Part shown: piece by piece, positions 53,739 to 64,000 of the stretch | How the letters are laid out: each line of letters begins with the position of its first letter | Numbering within the stretch: the first letter of the stretch is position 1 | Origin: Vermamoeba vermiformis | Taxonomy: Eukaryota | Direction: 5' to 3' | Assembly (NCBI GenBank): GCA_045837725.1 | Contig: JBEWZL010000013.1 | Coordinates: 310,001 to 374,000, forward strand | DNA length: 64,000 nucleotides | Program-made: the position numbers and the translations under genes | Notes under the pieces: generated by a model | What the model saw: the letters and a program-made list of their open reading frames with translations, nothing else | Told to the model about the DNA's origin: nothing | Databases searched by the model: none

Positions 53739-55127
53739 TTAGTTGTCTTCGTCTTCATCTGCAACGTTTGGCAGCGGAAGAGGCAACTTCCACAGGCCCA
53801 ACGACTTGTCATTAAAGTAGGGCTTGGAGAGGTCTACAGTACCCCAATACTTCTCGTTGAACAGTTCAAGTGGTTGCGGGAAATTGTATGGTTCTTTGAG
53901 CAGGTTGATCTGTCGCCACTGACCGGGCTTGTCAATGTTCCACGGGTCATGGTCGGGGAACAAGGTTGTCAACAAGTACTTCGAGCCACTCTGTATATAA
54001 CATATCAATATCATTAATAAGGGAGCTCAAGACACGTAGTCCAAGGTGGATCAAACGTGACCCAGTGACACGTACCTTATTGAAGTTGTTAATAATCTTC
54101 TTCACTTGTCGATCAGGCAAGTGCACAAAGGCATCGCGTGTGACAATGAGATCGAAGGGCTTGTACGGTGGTTGCGTCACCATGTCCATCACTAAGAACT
54201 TGCGGCTCGTGTTGCCAAATCTTTCACGGTCAAATTTAATCAGGCCACGCACGATATCTGCACCGACATATTCAACTTCTATAATAATAGCACGTTAGTG
54301 TCGCTTCGTGGGACTACTACTCGTGCTACTAGATCTACATATGACACTGTCTTTTACATTCGTTGGTTGTACGTACCGTGTTCGAATTCCACTTTGCGCA
54401 TCCAATTCAAATCACCGCACGGCACATCGAGCAGTGAGCGCACGTTGTACTTTGATGCGACTGTACGCACAATGTTGCGCACTTCAACTGTTTGTTTCAA
54501 CTCCGAACCTGCATAACGTTACAGCCATTATTAAATGCTACGGTATAGTCATGATTTATGTGCATTATCGTACCTCTGCCAGACACGGATTCTTCTGATT
54601 GCCAGAACGATTTTTCAAAAATGGTATCAAATACCTCCATCCGTTCTCTGTCGGCCTTATTCTCCAATACAGCTGCATATTATTAATAAATATAATTAGT
54701 GCTATTTATAATATACCTGGCACCGAGCAGTCTTCGCCTTTGAAGCCCCAGTCACAAACGCACACGTTGTCTTTTTCGCAAAGTCCGTTGCCTGAGCAAT
54801 AATTCAAGCACTGGGAGTCTGCTAAAAATAAATTATTAATTACAAGCGTGGTAATAAGTGATTATAATCAATTTAGTGGCGATCTGAGGATCTGTAAATT
54901 AATAATAATTTTAACAATACAAAAATACAATTTAACGTCGAAAGTATCTTGTTAGCAATTAAACATTATTTTTAGACTATTTTACCATTATCAGAGTTAT
55001 TTTGGTTGCCGCTTCCAGTGCTCCTCGTTCGCGTTATAAAATACATCACCATCATTAGGGCAATGGCGACGATAGCGAATAGTCTAATAGGAGTGAGTGG
55101 TCCTTTAGTTCTTCTCCGTCGATTCAT
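53739..55127 (-). CDS. Type II membrane protein with an EGF-like domain and a class I SAM-dependent methyltransferase domain
   Basis: Basic N-tail plus TM; CLNYCSGNGLCEKDNVCVCDWGFKGEDCS (EGF-like); ESVSGRGS, LLDVPCGDLNW, YVGADIV, DLIVTRDAFVHL, WRQINL. Confidence 0.78.
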
Positions 55128-55514
55128 GGTGTCTTTTTCGGTAGAATATTCGATCTGACGTCTGATCCATTTCTGCGCACAACCGTCGCACAATTTTTCA
55201 TACCGCATACAGTAGCACCTTCTAAGGATTGCAAATCATGTCTATTGCAAGATGCCTCATCGTTAAATGGTGGGCTAGTAAGTCTTCCTCTGTACGGATG
55301 TACAACTTATTTCGTACCGTGGTTCCTCATCCTAGGAAATTATGAATATCACTCCTCTATATTCATAATATCCAGGAGAGGATACTGCCAAGTACAATGG
55401 CGGCTTGCACCGAACATTATCAGTATTAGTATTATTAAAGTACAGTCACCAAGCCCGATTTTAATTAGAAAATCTTTTACAGAGATGATAGCCAGCCAAC
55501 CGATCTGTTTCCAT

Positions 55515-58500
55515 TTAAGGCAACAGCACCGAGTGATTGATAATCATCAACTTCATGATGCGATTGACAGCAGGTGTGTCTCGCAGTGCTATTTCAGGGG
55601 TCTCGTTCAAACATCGCAGCAAGTTGGGTGCGAACACGATCGATAAGTTGACAGGTGTCATCTTCGTTACCGAGGATCCGGCAATGATTTCGAGGGTGTA
55701 CAGCAGTCTCTTGAGGGTCAGTCTATACGGTATTAAAAGATATGTTAGTAAGTGCCGGGCTGCAATAGAACATATGCTCGTTGATGGAATGTTTGACGTA
55801 CCTGTTGACTTCAGGCAACTTTGAAAGCACGTCGCGCAACAACACGAGACACTTGTCGTCATCTCCTTCAGCTGCAAATAAGCCAAAGTTAGTACTTGCA
55901 TATTGCCATGAAGCATGGCCAGTAGTATTCATATTGCTTACCGTGACAGGCAATAATATCGTTGTACAAAGCGAAGGTGAAGAGTGGATCCGGCAGCTCT
56001 CTAAAATACAACTTCAACAAGCCAGCCACAACGTGTGCCTCCATATCCTCGCCGAATTTAATGTCTTGGCCCTTGTCAATCAATTTTTTCAACTCTTGAA
56101 TCTTGTTTGAATTGCCTGACAATCTGAAAATTCCTTCGGTTTGCAAGCCTTAAAATAGCAACAGTCAATACACTAGTACTATTAGTATATGGGATATTAT
56201 TACCATTTTGTTCAACATAAAGCAGGGCCTTTTCGACGATAAAAGGGATCTTTCTGTCTTTGTTCAACGGATGCAACATCACCTCTTCAATTTTCACGCC
56301 AAAAATCTGATGTTCGTCTGCTTTGGCACCAGAGCGCTTCAAGGTACTAATATAAAAGAGTCAGATATTGATAATTATTGAAAGGATCCGGATGTGGATC
56401 TCACCTCTGCAAAACGTCATCGGGCAACATTAACTGTTGAATATTCATGTACTTTGAGAGCTGTTGTTTGATGTCGTCAATATACACCAACTTCTTCCAG
56501 AACTTGGAGCTGATAAAGGGTCTGAACAGGCCAAACACGGTCTTCACGAAGAATGTTGGCTGAATGATGAACAATTGCTTCAAATTCTTTTTGTACCTGC
56601 AAATAACTTCGTTAATAACGGTGTTAAGGTGACACGTGTCAAATCGAGACTTGGCGCCAAGATATTTTTGGGCTTTCAAAGGGTGAAAAAATTCAATTCA
56701 AGTACGTACTTCCGTGTGAACATTGAATAGACCTTGCGCAGCCAACTGAACGAGAGTTTGTTCTCGGAGGTCATGCCCGAGTGCACGTAGACAATGCTGT
56801 ATTCTTTTTCGACAATAGGGTCCATAGTGCTAAGAGTGTACAAGATAAACATGTCGAGACTGATCTTCTTGGCCGGCACTCGTGAGCCAATCAACACAAT
56901 AATAGGACGGTTGCTGAAGTCAACACCTGTGTGGCACGAGTTAGTACGACAAAAATAGCTACACGGTATTTTACTCAGGCACGAACAAAAAGTGTTCACT
57001 GTGCCGCGCATGTATTTTAGTGGGTTTCACAAAGAGACGTACCTGCTTGATAGAGCATGCGATACTGTTGGAATTCAGTGAAGTCCATGGACTTGGCCAT
57101 ATTGAGGTAGTAATCGTAGTCGCGCACTTGTTTGTTGTTGTTCTTGGGCACCGAGTTCGGGGTCTTGGCGTGTGCTTGAGGAGGAGCGGCCACTGGCTTA
57201 GTGGTGTCTTCTCCGGCCATGTTAGCTGCTTTGGGCACGGGCATCGATTGATGCAGGGCACGTTGTTCGACCATGACGGGGACCGAGCCCTTTCTGTCCA
57301 AGAATCGGGGACTAACTCTGGGCGGTTCTTTTGTTGAAAGAGGGTCAGCAGAGACACTTTCCAAGTTCACAGGCTTGAATGTGCCGCCTGAGGGTCGTGA
57401 GTTACGCCACGAAGAGCGGACTGGCTTCTCTTTGGGTTCGCTGTCTTCACTCTTCGGTGCTTCAGTTGTGACCGGCGTGGCTTGTGATGTGTTCTCAGTG
57501 CTGGGCGCAGCAGTTTGTTGCTCAGTAGTGATCGTGGGGTCACTCGGTGTGCGTGCCACAAGTGTCCCAAGAGCGGCTTTGAACTCGTTCGAGACTTGTT
57601 GGTTAGAACGTGGCGAGCGTTGAGGAGGTTGTGGCGGTTCTTTTTTAGTCTCTTCGACCTTGGTCTTCCAAAAGTCAACGCGATTTTTGACAGACTCGTC
57701 GTGCGTGTGGTCTGTCGGACCTGAACTTATCGTCGCTGAAGATACGTGTCACACATTAGTTATGCACTAATAATACATGCAAACGATAGAAGCTCACCTC
57801 GTCGTTGGTTACTAGTAGTATCTTCGTCGCCCATGTTCTGCTGCACGAGATTCCAGTAGCCCTTTGATGACATGTTCGTGGCTTTTCGTCGCATCCGAAG
57901 ACTGCCTCGACGAGCAAAATTCTCATCAACTTCGACATTTTCCTCATCTTGCGCTTCATTATTATTATCGCCAGTATTATCAGCATTTGCTTGAAGATTT
58001 GTCAAGCGGGCGTTCAAATCTGACATTGTAACTTCTGGATCTTCTTCAGCATCCGTATCTTTGAACGCTCGACTCTGCCGCCGTGATTCCCTGGAGCTTT
58101 GATATGCAGTAAATTGCTTTTCAAGCTTTTGGAGCAGATCTAAGATTTGATAGGTCAATGATTTTATTGAATAGGAAAATTGGTAAAATGGAGTATGAAA
58201 TCACAATCAAATTACGAGTAATAATTCAATAAATTAGAAATAAGCCGTATTTAACAAGTATTAAAGAGATTTTCAATTATGACGCGGAGGTAATTAAATA
58301 ATAATATTTTTGATTGATCTCACCTTCTCCAAACGTCATTGTCAAGTACTTCTTCTCATCATCGTCTTTAGTTCTAAATCCCAATAAATCTTCTTCGTCG
58401 TCATCATCATCGTCAAATAATGAAGACCTTTTCTTTGCTGGCTCAGCAGCTTTCTTTTTGAATAGATCTGAATCCTCGTCTGTATCGTCAATTAAATGGA

Positions 58501-58561
58501 ACTCATTCAATAGACTGCCCACACGAGGCTCGGGTTGAGTATTATCCGAATTATTCGACAT
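55515..58561 (-). CDS. RhoGAP with CRAL-TRIO/BCH domain (ARHGAP1/8-like)
   Basis: BCH: GVDFSNRPIIV..YSIVYVH..KYKKNLK.LFIIQPT; GAP: IFGV, EGIFRLSG, LKLYFRELPDPL, KMTPVNLSIVFAPNL. Confidence 0.9.
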
Positions 58562-59031
58562 TTGGGACCTCTGTGGCTTAGTGCATTCGAAGTTGAATAA
58601 AATCAGAATCTTTTCTCAATCTTCAATTTACGACCTCAAACACACAATTAAGGTTGTTGTACTCATGTCCGATTATGACGCTTCCCTACTTTAGCGGAGA
58701 TAAGCTTATTATTATTACAAAGTGCAATTTCGAAAGTTGGCGGTTTAGGTAAATGCGTAAAATTCATGAATAATAATGCCCAAATATGTGCGTCCATAAC
58801 CGAGTGAGTTTAAAAGAAATTAACCACTACTGCAATAGCTTCTGTGCAGGAACATTTCTCAGATTTGGTAATTTTACTCCCGAGCTCATTGCAAATTAAT
58901 ACTGCAATGTCTCAGGCACTTGCATTTGCATTCTTATACTCTTCTCATTGCACTCTTTTTGTGGTCCTTTTTGTGACAGAAATATTTCTTCGTACTCAAA
59001 TCGGTATATTGAACACCACGCAGGATCAAGC

Positions 59032-61339
59032 ATGGAACAAAATCAGACGTCAAAACTTGACAAGTGGTACGAGCGCATCGTAGACTATGATGCGCAGGAT
59101 CACTTGACTAAGATTTCCACGTTCGATCACGAAGCTTGGCTAAAGTGGTTCAACAAGTTCAGTCGAGATAGAGACACAGCATCTATTCGGGCCATGAGGT
59201 ACGTATTTTTAATTGATATTTTTGCGCTTGATCGTTCATAGTGATAGTTTCTAAATTTAATACTGATTTTTTTCTCTATTTTTCTCATTGCAGAAAATTG
59301 ATCTGGTACGGGACCGAACAATACAGCCGACGCAGAAAATACAAATTACTCGATGGCACTGAAGTATATTTATGCGATAGTAATGATGTGATCGTTGAAC
59401 AAGCAAGTCTTGATAAAATTTATTTGCGGATCTGACCTATGTTTTAAGGCCAAGAGAACTAAGTTGTTTGACTTCACTCGCAACTTCAACTTGGATTTTA
59501 CTGATGAGATTAACGGCCTCAATTATGATACCGTAGTTGAAGTCGTTGAAGGCGATTGTCTCGAGGAGGGCATCCGCTTGAAAGAGCTCGGATTCAACCC
59601 TGCAGTCTTGAACATGGCTAGTGCTAAGCGAGCAGGAGGAGGTACGACTAATATAAATAGTATATATAACTCGTATTTACTCTTAATTAGGCTATCTGAA
59701 CGGCGCTGGAGCACAAGAAGAGAATCTGTTCCGCCGATCGAACTACTTTCAATCGTTAGAAGACCCTGATCAATTAGACAAAGAACGGTCGTGGTACTAC
59801 CCCTTGCCTGAGTTCTCAGGGTACGCATAACAATACTCTTCTTATCATCCTTTTGCTGATCCACTTTACTTTAGCGTCTATTCGCCTGAAGTGTTTGTGT
59901 TCAGAGAATCAGAGCAGAAAGGTACCAGTGACGATAATAGTGCATATATAAATAGGTCTAATGTATTGTACAGGTTACGGACTGATGCCCAAGCCAGTCA
60001 CCATGGCCTTCATCGCTGTGGCTGCTTACGCGTCACCCAAACTTCAAGAGAACAGAAAACGACCTGCTTATTTAGGTACATATAACTACATATGCCTTTA
60101 GTCAGTTAGTCACGGCTAATATCGTGTGCAATAGGCAATTTGGTCCTCGCTGATAACTTTGTCGAGAAAACTAAGCGCAAAATGCGAGTCATTCTCTACC
60201 TCGCCCTCGTCAATGGTCATGATGCAGTCGTGTTGTCAGCAATGGGCTGTGGTGCTTATAAGAACCCTCCAGGGTACGTTAATATACTTGGCAAGTGCCT
60301 CCTAGTGACATCTTTGACACGTTATTTTCTTGCAGTCACATTGCTCAATTGTTCCGCGAAGTCATCAATGAACCCAAGTTCAGAAACAAATTCAAACACA
60401 TTTCATTTGCTATATTTAGTAAGTCATCACGTGCTCTGTAAATCGCTCAGTGGAAGCTAACAAGTAATAACCAGATGATCACAACGCTAACAAGGCACAC
60501 AATCCGTTGGGCAACTTTTATCCGTTTGCAGAAGTGTTCAAAGACATGTCTGCAAAGAACAAAACCAAGTCACAGACTAACGCCAAGAATGTGGCGACAA
60601 ACAAGACCAACAACGCGAATTCAAAGAACAATAACACAAATAACAACACCAACGCGAAGAATAACAACAATAATACCAACAGTAATAATACTAACTCCAA
60701 TACGAGTGTCAGCCCAGTCGAGAACAAATCAGCAGAATCAAGTCATATTAGCCCCTCGAACAACAACACTGTTAATCTTGAGACAAAAGTAGATCAAATG
60801 GAGATTGATGAGAAAGGTGAGTAGTAAACAGTGACATCAATTGATGACATTCAGAGAGTTAACTGTTTTTCTTAGTAATCAATTTCTACCGCACAAATGA
60901 AGTGCCCTACGGCGTGTTCAGCAACTTCGCCAAGTACCCCATCAAACTGAAAGACAAAGTGTGGCCCACCACCGAGCACTACTTTCAAGCACAGAAGTTT
61001 GCAGGCACACCGCACGAAGAGACCATGCGCAATGTCAAGACTGCAGCTGAAGTGGCCAAAGCTGGTCGTGATCGATCGCTGCCACTGCGTCAAGACTGGA
61101 ACGAAGTGAAAGAACAAGTGATGGAAGAGGCACTCATGGCCAAGTTCACGCAACATCCACAGCTCAAAAAAGTGTTGTTGGACACGAAGAACGCAGTGCT
61201 CGTCGAACACACGGCGAATGACAGCTATTGGGCTGACGGCGGTGATGGCTCGGGGCAGAACAGACTCGGCTACTTGTTGATGAAAGTGCGCACCACACTG
61301 CGCGATGAGGCCGAGAAGAAGAGTCAGGCCAAGAAATAA
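59032..61339 (+). CDS. Microbial-type PARG macrodomain fused via an Asn-rich linker to a NADAR (YbiA-like) domain
   Basis: VLNMASAKRAGGGYLNGAGAQEENLFRRS, YSPEVFVFR, VLSAMGCGAYKNPP (PARG); intron 60817-60875 splices in frame to FYRTNEVPYGVFSNF..TEHYFQAQKF..KFTQHPQL..LVEH..DSYWADG..GQNRLGYLLMKVR (NADAR). Confidence 0.88.
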
Positions 61340-61500
61340 TTTGAGTCCTTTGTTAATAAACTGTGTAGCTAAATTCAACTGATCCACCTGATCCAGTACA
61401 AATATTCGAAACACAATTTTTTTTCTAAACAAGTATTATAATAATAAGTAAGGTGGTTATGGGTGAGTGGGTATAACAGTTTATATGATACAATTCAAAT

Positions 61501-63263
61501 TTACATTTCGTTGTTGTCATCGTACAACTTGCGGATCTGTTCAGGTTCAGTCGGCAAGTGTGTAATAGGACAACGACGATAGCTGCGCGTGTAGTTGAGG
61601 AGGCAAGGGTAACAATACACAAAGCCGCTCATTGCCATCGCTGGATTGGTGCGCGGCTTTTGGCAGATCGGGCACAACTTTTTGTCTTTAGGAATATCAA
61701 TACCGCTTTGTGCTTTCTATAAAATAACAACAATATTAATATGGTATAATGACAACTGCTTGAATGCTTAAAATGATTAATTCTAAAAACGTGCGATCCA
61801 ATCCTCAAAGTTGGATGCCGTTACACGACACTAAATAAGGCTCTAGATGCCTAAAAATTGCACCAATAATATATGTATATGACGTATTAGTACCTTAGGA
61901 GGTTCAGGTGGAGGAGGAATGGGCTGTTGTTGCGTGACTAAGTTCTGATTCTCGCTGTACCACCACTCCAAGAACTTGAATAAAAAGATGCCAGTAGGCA
62001 AGATGTACTTGCTGTAGTCGAGCATGGTGCTTGTACCGTCCACCAGTGCACCTATAATATCACATAATGTTAACTAAGTGTAAATACAAAATAAATTCTT
62101 GAAATTTGGATCTTTCTTTAGAATGATATTGGACAGATTTGTAAAGTACAAATAGGATTATATGAGAGTATATACGATACTTACCCCATACTAAGTGCAT
62201 AATACCGCGTTCTCTATTATCGCGCATCCGTTGCATTTTGTACGAGAATTGTTTCCTCGATTGCTCGACGAGATCTTGCATTAAGAGTCGCTTGACGGTG
62301 AGTCCCTGCCAGTGCAAGAAGGGCGTATAATAGGTCGTGTAATTGTACATGTAGAGCAGTTGGTAAATGAAGAACAGACTCTCGTAGCAGGCATTGAAGA
62401 TCGGCCAAACGACTTTAAATATCGCTAGTAGCACTCTGAATATGACCTATACGTATATGCAAGTGTTACAATACATTTTGTAGCGATTTGGAAGCGTTTT
62501 GAAGCGGATGTGATCCGGCAGTACACGCGATCGAAAACTCGATTGAAAGAAGTGCACTTACATTTCTGCGCAAAGGTCTATCTTGATCGCCATCTTGTGG
62601 CATGGGTGGCAAGCGAAAGAAGTCAGAATCAACTGGTCCATTGCCGAATTTGTCTTTGTAATAGCGATCGAGCTTGTCTTTCAAATAAGGAACTCCAACC
62701 TAGTTAAATAGACCATATAAATTATTACATATTCATAATAGTGCTATTCTCGCATTTGGTTACCAAAAAGAACAAGCTCCACTTCTTGTGAGAAGATTTC
62801 AAAGGCAGGGATTTGCCATCTACACTTGTAAGGCATCTCTTAAGGCCATAGAAATTTTCTGAGAATGAACCGTCTATATAAATCAGTAGTTAGCATAAAG
62901 TAACTTCGTTTATAACGTTGTAATAATTCTAACGATTTTTTCGGATCGGGAACTGTGATCGTACCGTAATATTTTAAATAATGCTTCTCCATTATAAATA
63001 ATGCTCCATAAAATAGCTCGTCCATATATTTTAAGCACCAGTTCAATATTGGGATACGTTGTGACAAGATCTGAAAATAATTATTAATATTCAATTAGGG
63101 CTATTTTGATAATTAAATAGAAAATAAAATAATTATTAATACATACCGAGAACATATATTTAATAGCAGGCTTTAATGAGGGCATCATTTGAGTTTGAAT
63201 AAACATTTCAAAAAAAGATGGCCTGCTGGCATCCGCAGGGTTGAAATTATACAGAATATTCAT
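61501..63263 (-). CDS. PEX12: Peroxin 12
   Basis: RPSFFEM, SFSENFYGL, LGVPYLKDKLD, IFLFKFLEWWY, PPPP, degenerate RING CPICQKPRTNP...SGFVYCYPC...CPIT. Confidence 0.93.
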
Positions 63264-63636
63264 GGTGTTGTACTATATACAATAATATTATATGTGTGCT
63301 GTTCAACAGCATCAAGTTGAAATGAAAATTTCCTTTTCGGTCATTTTTGACTGTCACGAGACAGATCGAACACGCTTACGTCAGGAGTTGTTATTATATT
63401 ATACTAGTATCATTGGTACGATAACTCATCGCAATTTAAAGCTGCATTCGAGCAGCAAAGAAAAGAACTTGATCTGAATAATTGAAAACTAGCTTGATTT
63501 AACTCCAAAAGCACTCAGGTAATTTTTAAAATAATTTAACATAACCACCATTAAATAGCATATTAATTATAATTACGACAGACCCCGTCAGGATTTTTCT
63601 AATTTTTCACCTTTCAATTCCAGATCCTTCAACGCG

Positions 63637-63886
63637 ATGCTGAGTTCAAATACGATCTATTTAATCAATGGTGGAGTGACACTATTAATACTATTAGGCC
63701 TGCAATATTGGCTCAATAAGAACAGATACAAAAAACGAGCCAGAAAACGAAGTCTGTTTGCCGACACTACAGTGGTGGTAGGCGGTGCTGCAGCGCCACC
63801 AGTAGACTCGATATATACTTGTCCTATTTGTTTGCAAACATTAACTGATGCTTGTGAAGCACTGCCTTGCGGACATACTTATTGCG
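63637..63886 (+). CDS. First exon of a TM + RING E3 ligase (RNF170-like); continues beyond the window
   Basis: N-terminal TM followed by CPICLQTLTDACEALPCGHTYC and a GTAAG donor at 63887. Confidence 0.7.
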
Positions 63887-64000
63887 GTAAGATCCACCAA
63901 ATCCGTTCCAAAACCCCACATAATAATAGTGCAAATAAGATCCTATATTACACATATAATATTATAACTATATGATATTTAAAACGATGTTATAAGCCTT

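Noticed and set aside
60560-60780. AAC/AAT-rich tract as a microsatellite or mobile element
   Set aside because: It encodes the Asn-rich linker, a common low-complexity feature of amoebal proteins.

Overview
Gene-dense, intron-rich eukaryotic nuclear DNA, not prokaryotic. Introns are short GT-AG introns, often with a CTAAC-type branch point, and intergenic spacers are AT-rich. A RegA-type receiver-phosphodiesterase suggests a free-living amoeba, probably amoebozoan; this is an inference. The window holds about 30 protein-coding genes and one U2 snRNA gene. Housekeeping genes include TBCA, a nicotinamide riboside kinase-like gene, site-2 protease, NDR kinase, ALG2, TRM44, two tandem Ras paralogues, a ZnF-UBP deubiquitinase, CDC40, NUS1, ECH1, NSF, PRP4 kinase, a BCH-RhoGAP and PEX12. 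Five observations stand out. (1) A bacterial-type PARG macrodomain is spliced in frame to a NADAR/YbiA domain. (2) An intron-containing orphan gene carries a phage-like HhH-GPD/DNA-glycosylase-fold motif set that appears only after manual splicing. (3) An F-box is fused to an Arf-like GTPase. (4) A candidate structured ncRNA lies just upstream of U2 and a G-quadruplex motif just downstream. (5) Three GC-AG introns are needed to restore conserved motifs. Exon structures were assembled by eye. CDS coordinates span first to last coding base including introns and were not checked against transcripts or databases.
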